A stretch of DNA of 64,000 nt from Geopsychrobacteraceae bacterium. GTDB taxonomy: Bacteria; Desulfobacterota; Desulfuromonadia; Desulfuromonadales; Geopsychrobacteraceae. Of the stretch, positions 29,680-39,474 are shown in pieces. Position 1 is the stretch's first letter; each line of letters starts with the position of its first letter. The stretch spans positions 2,176,001 through 2,240,000 of the forward strand of contig OY759353.1 in NCBI GenBank assembly GCA_963662315.1, in the 5' to 3' direction. Under the pieces are notes generated by a model that saw only the letters and a program-made list of their open reading frames with translations, searched no databases and was not told where the DNA came from. Made by a program: the position numbers and the translations under genes.

Positions 29680-29907
29680 CTACTGCCAGAACTTCTTTTG
29701 CATGTGCTGACGCACTTGCTGTTCATTTAAGCCGATATCGCGCAGCAAAAAGTATGGCAGTTTCGCAAGATGCTTGCGCGTATGAGCATTGTGACGCCAT
29801 TTTTGAATCCAGAACAGAAGCCCCACCGCATACAGGCGGATGTTCATCTGTTGGCGGCTTGGGGTGCTGACTGTCCATTTACTGATCAACAGGCTCTTTT
29901 TTATCAT
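29680..29907 (-). CDS. DUF1127 small protein
   Basis: TRKHLAKLPYFLLRDIGL..KKFWQ motif; divergent from a MocR regulator. Confidence 0.75.
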   Translation of the reverse strand: MIKKSLLISKWTVSTPSRQQMNIRLYAVGLLFWIQKWRHNAHTRKHLAKLPYFLLRDIGLNEQQVRQHMQKKFWQ

Positions 29908-29992
29908 TGTCGCTCTCCAGTCCTTGGCATTGAGATACTGGATATGCTACATGTTTTATCTGGACCGTTACAGATGCAGAACATTAATTTAT

Positions 29993-30055
29993 TAACCAGT
30001 ACAGATGGGATATTTTCCCATCTGTACTGGTTATTTTTCAGGAAACTGTACTGGT
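29993..30055. promoter_or_regulatory. MocR operator
   Basis: Perfect 18-bp inverted repeat taaccagtacagatggga-N5-tcccatctgtactggtta (29993-30033) plus a direct copy ctgtactggt at 30046. Confidence 0.75.
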
Positions 30056-30062
30056 AATAACT

Positions 30063-31487
30063 ATGGAAAATCTTTTATATGCCCGCATCGCCGAAAAATT
30101 GAAGGGATGGATCCGCAGTGGAGCGCTAGCGACTGGCGAACGTCTACCATCGGTCAGACAGTTGTCCAAGCGGGAGAAGATCAGTATTTCAACCGTGATG
30201 GCAGCCTATAATCTGTTGGAGGAACAGGGTTGGGTAGTGGTCCGCTCGAAATCGGGTTACTACGTGCGCCGCCAAATCAGGGAATCCCTGGCGATCCCCA
30301 ATGCTCCCGCTCAGCAAACGCGTCCGGTGCTGGCCCGCATTCCGCAGCTGGCGATGAACACACAACGCGACAGTATCAAGCCTCATACCATCAACTTCAG
30401 TCGGGCTGTGCCAGCGACAGATTTTCCCATCACCCGCCATGTCGAGCAGACTTATACCCGTCTGTCCCGAACCCGGAAGCACCTTGGATTCGGCAATACA
30501 AATCCCGAAGGACCTTACGAGCTGCGCCAGCAGATTGCTCACCATGCAATGGATGGTGGTGTCGTGATTTCACCGGACAAGATTGTCACCACAGCTGGCT
30601 GCTTAAACGCATTGGGCTTGTGTCTGCAGGTGCTGACCAGCCCCGGAGATGTCGTAGCCATTGAATCTCCTTGTTATTACGGCATCCTGCAGGTGATAGA
30701 AGCCTATCGTTTGAAAGCGATTGAAATTCCGACCCACCCGGAGACCGGCCTGAGCCTTGAAGCCTTGAAACTGGCCATGGAACAATGGCCGCTAAAAGCG
30801 GTCCTGACCGTTTCCAGCTTTTCCAACCCGCTGGGCTGCAGCATCCCGGACGACCGGAAAAAACAACTTGTATCCCTACTGGAGGAGTATCAGGTGCCAC
30901 TGATAGAAGATGATATCTATGGTGACCTTTATTTTGGCGAAAGAAGAAACAACACGATCAAAGCCTTTGATACTCAAGGCTTGGTCCTGCTCTGTTCATC
31001 ATTGTCCAAAACCATTGATCCCCAATTCAGGGTCGGCTGGATTCTGTCTGACCGCTATTATGAACAGATTCTGCATCGCAAATTTATCAATATGCTGGCA
31101 ACACCGATTCTACCGGAGCTGGTTGCTGCGGAGATTCTAAGGCAGGGTATTTATGAGCGGCATTTGCGCCAGGCCCGAGAAGTTTATCGGCAACGCTATC
31201 AACGCCTAGTCGACCTGGTCGCCGAATATTTTCCAGCAGCAACCAGAATCAGCCGTCCTCAGGGCGGAATTGTTGCCTGGCTGGAATTGCCACGGAGCAT
31301 TGATGCAACGATACTCTATGATTATTGCCGCAACCACGGCATCCTCATCGCTCCGGGCGAAATGTTTTCCCTGTCTAACCAGTTCCAGAACTGTTTCCGT
31401 TTGACTTATTCCTCCCAATGGACAGCGGAACGGGAACATGCGATGCTGGTAATGGGCAGAAAGCTGACTGAGTATCTTTCTCATTGA
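30063..31487 (+). CDS. GntR/MocR-family PLP-dependent regulator
   Basis: wHTH RLPSVRQLS..ISISTV plus class I aminotransferase domain (SNPLG, IEDDIYG, SLSKT). Confidence 0.92.
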   Translation: MENLLYARIAEKLKGWIRSGALATGERLPSVRQLSKREKISISTVMAAYNLLEEQGWVVVRSKSGYYVRRQIRESLAIPNAPAQQTRPVLARIPQLAMNTQRDSIKPHTINFSRAVPATDFPITRHVEQTYTRLSRTRKHLGFGNTNPEGPYELRQQIAHHAMDGGVVISPDKIVTTAGCLNALGLCLQVLTSPGDVVAIESPCYYGILQVIEAYRLKAIEIPTHPETGLSLEALKLAMEQWPLKAVLTVSSFSNPLGCSIPDDRKKQLVSLLEEYQVPLIEDDIYGDLYFGERRNNTIKAFDTQGLVLLCSSLSKTIDPQFRVGWILSDRYYEQILHRKFINMLATPILPELVAAEILRQGIYERHLRQAREVYRQRYQRLVDLVAEYFPAATRISRPQGGIVAWLELPRSIDATILYDYCRNHGILIAPGEMFSLSNQFQNCFRLTYSSQWTAEREHAMLVMGRKLTEYLSH

Positions 31488-31617
31488 GAGTGATATTCTT
31501 TGATTCCTTTAGGACCAACAATGGCACTGCAATGGAGGCCGGAAATCAACTTCAAACACTCATGTAGCCTCTTACTGAAGTACTATCTGTTTCAGGTACA
31601 AAAATAAGGACAAACCA

Positions 31618-32226
31618 ATGCTTGAAATTGTTCTTTTCGCCTTTGGGGTGATGTATACCCCTGGCCCGGTGAACCTTCTAAGTCTCAATAGCGGCACCCA
31701 CAAACAGTTCCGGAGACACCTGCCCTTTTGCCTCGGCGTGGCAACGGCTCTGGGTTGTTGGTTCCTTCTCGTCGGCTATACAGGTAGCCTGCTTGTTAAT
31801 AATGCCATATTGCCCGTCATTGCCGGAGCGGGAGTCGGCTTCATTCTGTACCTGGCCTATAAAGTCTTGGTGAGTAAGGTTGATGTCAGCAACACAGACA
31901 CAACAACGGCGGTTCTTACCTACAAAGATGGCTTGCTGATGCAGCTGCTCAATCCTAAAGCCATGATGGTGGTTCTTCCTGTCACTGCAATTCAGTTTCC
32001 GGCCGCAGGCATAGATGGAGCCTGGATTGCCATCTGGTCTGTCGGCCTCAGTGCCCTCGGTTTTGGTGCACCTTTGACTTACGCTGCCTTTGGTGCCTAT
32101 GCCGCCAGACATATCCAAAGTAACACCTACTTGAAAGTCATGAACGTCATTATGGGAATTATGCTGATTGCTGTTGCTCTGGACATGGCATATGCTCACG
32201 TCTATCTCGCCCTGACTGCGGGGTAA
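31618..32226 (+). CDS. LysE-family amino acid exporter
   Basis: TPGPVN and QLLNPKA motifs; hydrophobic. Confidence 0.85.
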   Translation: MLEIVLFAFGVMYTPGPVNLLSLNSGTHKQFRRHLPFCLGVATALGCWFLLVGYTGSLLVNNAILPVIAGAGVGFILYLAYKVLVSKVDVSNTDTTTAVLTYKDGLLMQLLNPKAMMVVLPVTAIQFPAAGIDGAWIAIWSVGLSALGFGAPLTYAAFGAYAARHIQSNTYLKVMNVIMGIMLIAVALDMAYAHVYLALTAG

Positions 32227-32473
32227 ACGTCACTGTCCAGCAAAACAAGCAACCAGTGTCATTTGCAACACAGCTGCGATGTCTGTCATTGAGCTTATCG
32301 AGTAAAGAGTTTGAGTTTCTTCACACGCCTGCATCTTGCTAATCCAGCGACACTGTTATATTGTTTTCAAAATCAATGAAGTATGTTTTCAGGGCCAATG
32401 AAGTCCCTTGTTCGCGTTATTAAATTAACTTTTCAACCGACTTACTCAGGCTTTTTGCCAACAAGGACTGCCC

Positions 32474-35400
32474 ATGTCTATTCGCGTTGCCTGTACCCAC
32501 CTGACCCATTACAAGTTTGATCGTATGGTCGGACTGGCGCCTCATGTTCTCCGCCTGCGTCCGGCTCCCCATTGCCGTACTCCGATCCGTGCCTACTCGA
32601 TGAAAATCCTACCGGAAACACACTTTTTGAACTGGCAGCAGGATCCCTTTGGTAATTACCAGGCGCGCCTGGTTTTTCCAGAGAAAGCGAACGAGTTACG
32701 CATCGAAATTGAACTGATTGCCGACCTGACCCCGTGCAATCCCTTTGATTTCTTTATTGAAGACTATGCGGAAACATTTCCTTTTTCCTACCAGAAACAG
32801 GAAAAAGCAGAACTGCAACCTTATTTCCAGAAAGTCATGCCGGGGCCACTCCTGACCAAGTGGCTGGCTGGCGTTGACCATGAAGAGAAAAACACCATCG
32901 ACTTCCTGGTCGAACTGAATCAGCGCCTGCAGCAGGACATCAACTATTCCGTGCGCATGGAGCCGGGCGTTCAGAGCTGTGAAATGACCCTGGGTCGCGC
33001 CCTCGGCTCGTGTCGCGACTCGGCCTGGCTACTGGTTCAGATTCTGCGCCACCTGGGGCTGGCAGCCCGATTTGTCAGTGGCTATCTGGTTCAGCTAACC
33101 GCCGACGAAAAGTCTCTCGACGGCCCGTCCGGCCCAGATGCGGACTTTACCGACCTGCACGCCTGGACGGAAGTTTACCTGCCTGGTGCTGGCTGGGTGG
33201 GCCTGGATCCGACCTCTGGATTACTGGCGGGGGAAGGGCATATTCCCCTCGCCTGTACCCCGCACCCGTTAAGCGCTGCCCCGTTAACCGGGGCGACCGA
33301 CGAATGTAAAGTTGAATTTTTCCACAGCAACAGTGTGCAGCGGATTTTTGAGGATCCCCGCGTAACCAAGCCCTACAGCGACGACCAATGGGACCTGATC
33401 AATTCCCTTGGCCAGCAGGTTGATGAAGACCTGATCAAGCAGGATGTCAGGCTGACCATGGGGGGCGAACCGACCTTCGTTTCCGTTGACAACATGGACG
33501 GTGCCGAATGGAATACCCAGGCTGACGGTCCGCACAAACGTCAGCTGGCCTATGATCTGACCCTGCGCCTGGTGGACGTGTTTGCCAAAGGAGGCCTGCT
33601 GCATTTTGGCCAGGGAAAATGGTATCCTGGTGAGCCTCTGCCACGCTGGGCCTATAGCTGCTTCTGGCGCAAAGATGGCAAACCACTGTGGCATGACCGA
33701 TCGCTGCTGGCGGACCTGAATAAAGAGTACAACTTTACTGCGGACCAGGTCTTTGAGTTTTCTGAAGCACTGTGTAACCAGCTGGGCATCGATCCCTCAT
33801 ATCTAGTGGCCGGCTATGAAGATCCCCTCTACTGGATCTGGAAAGAGGGTTCGGTCCCGGTTAACCTGGATCCCGCCAAGGCCAAGCTGAAAGACCCGAT
33901 GGAACGACGCACCCTGGCCAGAAACCTGGAACGCGGGCTTGATGAACCGGTCGGCTATACCCTGCCGATCAAGTGGGATTTTCTGCTCGACGGCTGGAAA
34001 AGCAGCCTCTGGGAATTCCGCCGAAAACAGATGTTTCTGATTCCGGGTGATTCCCCGATGGGGATGCGCTTGCCCCTCGATGCCCTGCCCTGGGTTGCGC
34101 CGGATAAACGTCAGGTCGAATACGCGCAAAGCCAGTTTATTGATCTACCACCTTTACCGGCTTACGACATTCCAACGACCGCTCAGGTTAATCCTCAGAT
34201 GCCGGTGGAAGGAAACATCCCGGACAAGGACCAGGAAGCAGACTATGTCGAAGTTGCGCATACAGCCTTATGCATTGAGGTGCGCAACCAGCGTCTGCAC
34301 CTGTTCATGCCGCCGCTTTACCATCTTGAACACTACCTGGCCCTGATTAACGCCATTGAAACGGTGGCCGGAAAATTCAAGATCCCGGTTGTTATCGAGG
34401 GGTATGAACCGCCCCGCGACTACCGAATCGAGCGTCTGAACGTCACCCCCGATCCGGGTGTCATCGAAGTCAATATCCATCCGGCGGCAAGCTGGAAGGA
34501 GATCGTTGCCAATACCACAACACTTTACCATCAGGCCCGGCAAACGCGACTGGGGACGGAAAAGTTCATGCTTGATGGGCGTCATACTGGCACCGGTGGT
34601 GGTAATCACATCACCTTAGGTGGCCCGACTCCAGCTGATAGCCCAATATTGCGGCGCCCGGACCTGCTGCGCAGTCTGGTCAGCTACTGGCAAAATCACC
34701 CGAGTCTGTCGTACCTGTTCTCCGGTGTTTTCATGGGACCCACCAGCCAGGCACCACGTATTGATGAGGCACGAGATGACTCTCTATACGAACTTGAGAT
34801 CGCCTTTGCCCAGATGCCAGAAGGGGAAACGGCGGCTCCTTGGCTGGTTGACCGCCTCTATCGAAACCTGTTGATCGATGTGACCGGCAACACCCACCGG
34901 GCCGAATTCTGCATTGACAAGCTTTACTCTCCTGACGGTCCCGCAGGACGCCTCGGTTTACTGGAACTGCGCGCCTTTGAAATGCCCCCTCATGAACGCA
35001 TGAGTCTGGTACAGGTGCTGCTGATACGCTCCCTGCTGGCCTGTTTCTGGAAAACTCCGTATAAGCAGAGCCTGGTGCGCTGGGGCACATCTCTTCACGA
35101 CCGGTTCCTGCTGCCACACTACGTTCAGCAAGACCTGCGTGACGTGATGAACGATCTGCACAACGCCGGGTATCCGTTCATGCTGGAATGGTTTGATCCC
35201 TTCTTTGAGTTCCGTTTCCCCCGTTATGGAACGGTACAGATAGATGATATTGAACTGGAGTTGCGCTTTGCCATCGAACCCTGGCATGTCCTGGGGGAAG
35301 AGGTTTCCAGTCATGGGACATCGCGTTATGTTGATTCCTCGGTTGAGCGCCTGCAGTTGCATGTAACGGGGCTGACTGAAGAGCGCCACGTCATCGTCTG

Positions 35401-35830
35401 TAACGGCCGCCGTCTGCCGTTACGCAACACCGGCCGCAAGGACGAATATGTCGCCGGGGTGCGTTACCGGGCCTGGCAACCGCCATCCGCCCTGCACCCA
35501 ACGATTCCGCCCCATTCGCCTTTGGTATTTGATATTATCGACACCTGGTCAGGGCGTTCCATTGGTGGCTGCACCTATCATGTCTCCCATCCAGGAGGGC
35601 GTAACTATGATGTCTTCCCGGTCAATGCCGTGACAGCTGAATCCCGCCGAGGTGCACTGTTTACCACTACCGAGCACACGCCGGGAAGACTGCCTCAGCG
35701 GCCTGAATTTGCCAGCCTGGGTAAATTTTTCCCGCACGGGACACCACCCGGACCGATGACACCGCCGCAGGAAGAGGCAAACCACGAGTTCCCCTACACG
35801 CTGGATTTAAGGTGGAAAGGAAAGCGGTAG
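32474..35830 (+). CDS. Transglutaminase domain fused to DUF2126 (putative amidoligase)
   Basis: GSCRDSAW, DLHAWTE and GLDPT triad; LTMGGEPTF, VTPDPGVIEVN and HTGTGGGNH motifs. Confidence 0.9.
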   Translation: MSIRVACTHLTHYKFDRMVGLAPHVLRLRPAPHCRTPIRAYSMKILPETHFLNWQQDPFGNYQARLVFPEKANELRIEIELIADLTPCNPFDFFIEDYAETFPFSYQKQEKAELQPYFQKVMPGPLLTKWLAGVDHEEKNTIDFLVELNQRLQQDINYSVRMEPGVQSCEMTLGRALGSCRDSAWLLVQILRHLGLAARFVSGYLVQLTADEKSLDGPSGPDADFTDLHAWTEVYLPGAGWVGLDPTSGLLAGEGHIPLACTPHPLSAAPLTGATDECKVEFFHSNSVQRIFEDPRVTKPYSDDQWDLINSLGQQVDEDLIKQDVRLTMGGEPTFVSVDNMDGAEWNTQADGPHKRQLAYDLTLRLVDVFAKGGLLHFGQGKWYPGEPLPRWAYSCFWRKDGKPLWHDRSLLADLNKEYNFTADQVFEFSEALCNQLGIDPSYLVAGYEDPLYWIWKEGSVPVNLDPAKAKLKDPMERRTLARNLERGLDEPVGYTLPIKWDFLLDGWKSSLWEFRRKQMFLIPGDSPMGMRLPLDALPWVAPDKRQVEYAQSQFIDLPPLPAYDIPTTAQVNPQMPVEGNIPDKDQEADYVEVAHTALCIEVRNQRLHLFMPPLYHLEHYLALINAIETVAGKFKIPVVIEGYEPPRDYRIERLNVTPDPGVIEVNIHPAASWKEIVANTTTLYHQARQTRLGTEKFMLDGRHTGTGGGNHITLGGPTPADSPILRRPDLLRSLVSYWQNHPSLSYLFSGVFMGPTSQAPRIDEARDDSLYELEIAFAQMPEGETAAPWLVDRLYRNLLIDVTGNTHRAEFCIDKLYSPDGPAGRLGLLELRAFEMPPHERMSLVQVLLIRSLLACFWKTPYKQSLVRWGTSLHDRFLLPHYVQQDLRDVMNDLHNAGYPFMLEWFDPFFEFRFPRYGTVQIDDIELELRFAIEPWHVLGEEVSSHGTSRYVDSSVERLQLHVTGLTEERHVIVCNGRRLPLRNTGRKDEYVAGVRYRAWQPPSALHPTIPPHSPLVFDIIDTWSGRSIGGCTYHVSHPGGRNYDVFPVNAVTAESRRGALFTTTEHTPGRLPQRPEFASLGKFFPHGTPPGPMTPPQEEANHEFPYTLDLRWKGKR

Positions 35831-35962
35831 AGAAGATTAAAACGAACGCAAGGATAAACAGGTTGATTTCAAATCTGAGATTTCAAATTTGAAATCGCGA
35901 AACAACGTTAAGCATAGCGGCGTTGTAAAGTTAGCTACTCATGAGAAAGTATATTTAAAAAA

Positions 35963-38500
35963 ATGCCGAGATCACAAGCTCCACTGACCGCCTCATTCAG
36001 TGATTTTTTCAGCCAACCCGGGGAACTTCCCGAGGTCTGGCAAACGCTTATACAAAACCTGGCTCGGCAGGGAAATACCCGCCTTAAAAGGCACCATAAG
36101 GAGGCGCAGCGCCTGCTTAAAGAAAATGGCGCCATTCACAATGTCTTTTCTAATCCTGACGCACCGCGTCCCTGGCAGTTTGATCCGGTGCCGCTTATCT
36201 TCGCTCCAGCGGAATGGTCGCATCTGGAGCGGGGCTTGATTCAGCGTGCCAAACTGTTCAACCTGCTGCTGACTGATATATACGGTCCCATGAGCCTGAT
36301 CAAGGAAGGGCTGCTCCCACCGGAACTGATTTTCAACCATTCGGGATTCCTCTACCCCTGTGTCGGGCTGTTGCACAACAACTGCCAGCCGTTAAGTATC
36401 TATTCAGCGAATCTCGCCAAAGGGGCCGATGGTAATTTCTGGGTCATGAGTGACCATATCCATCCCCCCCTGGGATCAGGCTACGCTCTTGAAACCCGCA
36501 TTATCATGACGCGCAGCTTTCCCCAGCTGTTTGAGAAGTTTCAGGTTCACCGGCTGGCTATGTACTTCCGGGCCTTGCGCAATGCCCTGACCCAGCTGGC
36601 TCACCACAATCGCCAGGATCCGCGCATCGTTCTTTTGACCCCAGGGCCTGAACATCCCAGCTATTTCGAGCACGCCTATTTTGCGTCTTATTTGGGCTAT
36701 CCCCTGGTACAGGGCGGCGATCTCATTGTTCAGGATAACTGTGTGTGGCTGAAATCGGTGGAAGGCCTGCGCCAGGTCGATGTTATCCTGCGCCGTCAGG
36801 ACGATGATTTCTGCGATCCACTGGAACTACGGGGCGATTCCTTTATCGGCATCCCCGGCTTGCTGGAAGCGATACGCACCGGGAATGTTGCGGTTGCCAA
36901 TCCCATCGGCAGCGGCATTCTGGAAAACCCGGCCCTCATGTCGTTTCTGCCCGGTTTGTGTCAATATTTCCTGAATGAAGAGCTGTTACTCCCTTCGGTT
37001 GCCACTTGGTGGTGCGGACAAGCCAAGGAACGTGACTTCGTACTGGAAAACCTTGACCACCTGATGATCAAACCGATCCATCCGCTGGCCGATCTGCCCC
37101 CCATGCTTCCGACCCCAGAAAATACGGCAAACCGGCTGCGCTGGAAGGAGTTCATCCTGAAAGATCCTCATCTGTTTGTCGCTCAGGAACAGATTCAGCT
37201 TGCCACCTTCCCGGCCTTTGAGAAGGATCACCTGGAAGCACGCTACTGTGCCATGGATCTCTACCTGACGACCCAGGACAACTCCTACCTAGTCATGCCC
37301 GGCGGACTGTCGCGAGCCCATGCCGACAGTCCGCAGTTACAGATTCCGGGACAGGCGGGTGGCCAGATCAAGGACACCTGGGTGCTGACCCACGAACCAG
37401 ACAAACAGGTGACCCTGTGGCGACAGAACTTAGCCGACAAACCAATGCAGCCGATCATCGGAGCGCTCCCCAGTCGTGCGGCAGAGAACCTGTTCTGGGC
37501 AGCCCGCTATTCAGAACGGGCCGAGCAGACAGCACGTATTCTGCGTTCGATCCTGATTAAAATGCGTGACGTCAACGAGTCTCATGATATTGATGACCAC
37601 ATGGGACTCAATCACCTGTTGCGAGCCCTGACTCATGTCACCCAGACCTATCCCGGCTTTACCGGTGAAGATGCACGTAAGAAACTGGATGACCCACGCC
37701 AGGAATTGCTTACTATCGTCCAGGACGAACAGCGAATCGGCAGTCTTCGATCTTCGTTGCAAAGCCTTGGCCGGGCTGCATTTACAGTGCGTGACCTGCT
37801 GCCGGAAGATGCCTGGCGAACCATTGAACAAGTCACGACCACCTGGAACCCCAGGGTCACCAGGTCCCAGATCGGAAGAGGTCGTCTGCTGGAAAGTATC
37901 AATAGCCTGATCATGCAGCTATCCGCCTTTAGTGGCCTGACCTACGAAAACATGTCTCGGGAAACCGGCTGGAAAATGCTCAATATCGGACGCCGCCTGG
38001 AACGAGCTCTCAACCTTACCACTCTGATTAAAGCAATGCTGGTCCCCTGCTATGGTACGACCATGGAATCACAGATGCTGGAAACCGTCCTGTCAACCTG
38101 TAACAGTCTGATCGTTTACCGGCGCCGTTACCGTTCCTTCATGAACCTTGGCTCGGCCCTAGAACTGCTGCTGACTGATGACAATTATCCGCGCGCCCTG
38201 GCCTGCCAGTTACGTCAGCTGCATAAGCATATCAGTTCGCTGCCAACTGATTCCCACAACCCCACCACAAAGAAGGACATATTGCTGATTCAGAAATCTC
38301 TCGATTCCTTGCACCAGGTCAATCCGCACCAGCTGATTGCCACCAACAGCAGTGATGGCCGCTATCCAGCCCTCGAAAAAGTGCTCATCCGTCAAACCGA
38401 AGAGCTGGAAGCCCTGTCTGGAGCATTATCGGAACATTATTTCACGCCGACCCTGGCCCCACAGCAGCTGGTGGTTACCAGCCGGGAGGGGCAGTCATGA
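35963..38500 (+). CDS. Circularly permuted ATP-grasp type 2 fused to alpha-E domain
   Basis: LLTPGP..YFEHA, VDVILRR.DD.FCDPLEL, VMPGGL and KDTWV motifs; alpha-E LPSRAAENLFWAARYSERAE and GRRLER. Confidence 0.9.
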   Translation: MPRSQAPLTASFSDFFSQPGELPEVWQTLIQNLARQGNTRLKRHHKEAQRLLKENGAIHNVFSNPDAPRPWQFDPVPLIFAPAEWSHLERGLIQRAKLFNLLLTDIYGPMSLIKEGLLPPELIFNHSGFLYPCVGLLHNNCQPLSIYSANLAKGADGNFWVMSDHIHPPLGSGYALETRIIMTRSFPQLFEKFQVHRLAMYFRALRNALTQLAHHNRQDPRIVLLTPGPEHPSYFEHAYFASYLGYPLVQGGDLIVQDNCVWLKSVEGLRQVDVILRRQDDDFCDPLELRGDSFIGIPGLLEAIRTGNVAVANPIGSGILENPALMSFLPGLCQYFLNEELLLPSVATWWCGQAKERDFVLENLDHLMIKPIHPLADLPPMLPTPENTANRLRWKEFILKDPHLFVAQEQIQLATFPAFEKDHLEARYCAMDLYLTTQDNSYLVMPGGLSRAHADSPQLQIPGQAGGQIKDTWVLTHEPDKQVTLWRQNLADKPMQPIIGALPSRAAENLFWAARYSERAEQTARILRSILIKMRDVNESHDIDDHMGLNHLLRALTHVTQTYPGFTGEDARKKLDDPRQELLTIVQDEQRIGSLRSSLQSLGRAAFTVRDLLPEDAWRTIEQVTTTWNPRVTRSQIGRGRLLESINSLIMQLSAFSGLTYENMSRETGWKMLNIGRRLERALNLTTLIKAMLVPCYGTTMESQMLETVLSTCNSLIVYRRRYRSFMNLGSALELLLTDDNYPRALACQLRQLHKHISSLPTDSHNPTTKKDILLIQKSLDSLHQVNPHQLIATNSSDGRYPALEKVLIRQTEELEALSGALSEHYFTPTLAPQQLVVTSREGQS

Positions 38501-39417
38501 AGTTTCACGTGCGCCATATGACCGAGTACCTGTACAGCGATTCCGTACAGCTGTGTCACAACTCAGCCTGGTTGCTTCCGCGCGATACAGAACTGCAGAA
38601 ATGCCTCACCAGTCAACTGGTGATTCATCCGCTACCCGCCGTCACCCACGAGTTTCTCGACTATTTCGGCAACCGCACCGTCCATTTTGCCTTGCAGCAA
38701 CCCCATCAAAAATTGACCATCACCGCGGACAGCGATATTGAAACCTCCTACGCTGCCGAGGACTACGCCCTTGGTAACAAGCACAGCTGGGAATACGCCC
38801 GCGATTTCTGCAAATCCGAAGGGATTCTGAAACTGGTCGATATTATCCCCTGCTGCTACAACTCGCCTATGGTTAAAAGTGCCGCCTGTTTTCGCAACTA
38901 TGCGTTGCCCTCTTTTCCCGCCGGACGCCCGTTTGCCGCTGCGGTGAACGATCTGATGGAGCGTATTTTCAGCGATTTTACTTACGATCCCAAAGTGACA
39001 AATATTTACACGCCGCTCACGGATATACTTGAAAAACGTCATGGGGTCTGTCAGGATTTTGCCCATATTGCCATCGCCTGCCTGCGCAGCCTGGGGATGG
39101 CCGCCCGTTACATCAGTGGTTATATAGAGACCCTGCCACCGCCGGGACAGCAACGCCTTATCGGTGCGGATGCCTCTCACGCGTGGTTCGCTGCCTATTC
39201 ACCCTTTGCCGGCTGGCTGGCTTTCGATCCGACCAATAATCAACACCAGGGAGAGCAGCATATTACGGTCGCCTGGGGTCGCGATTTTTCCGATGTATCC
39301 CCGGTCAAAGGAGTCGCTCTGGGTGGTGGCAATCAACGGGTCCGGATTTCAGTTGATGTTGCACGTCAACCTGACGGACCCTCCTGTTGCCTGATCAGTG
39401 GCGCCAATCAGGCATGA
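38497..39417 (+). CDS. Transglutaminase-family protein
   Basis: GVCQDFAH, ASHAW, FDPTN and GRDFSDVSP motifs; 4-bp overlap with the previous gene. Confidence 0.9.
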   Translation: MKFHVRHMTEYLYSDSVQLCHNSAWLLPRDTELQKCLTSQLVIHPLPAVTHEFLDYFGNRTVHFALQQPHQKLTITADSDIETSYAAEDYALGNKHSWEYARDFCKSEGILKLVDIIPCCYNSPMVKSAACFRNYALPSFPAGRPFAAAVNDLMERIFSDFTYDPKVTNIYTPLTDILEKRHGVCQDFAHIAIACLRSLGMAARYISGYIETLPPPGQQRLIGADASHAWFAAYSPFAGWLAFDPTNNQHQGEQHITVAWGRDFSDVSPVKGVALGGGNQRVRISVDVARQPDGPSCCLISGANQA

Positions 39418-39474
39418 GACGTTTTCCAAGCCGCAACTGAAGCTTTTTTCGCATCATTTTTTCGAGATACTACT

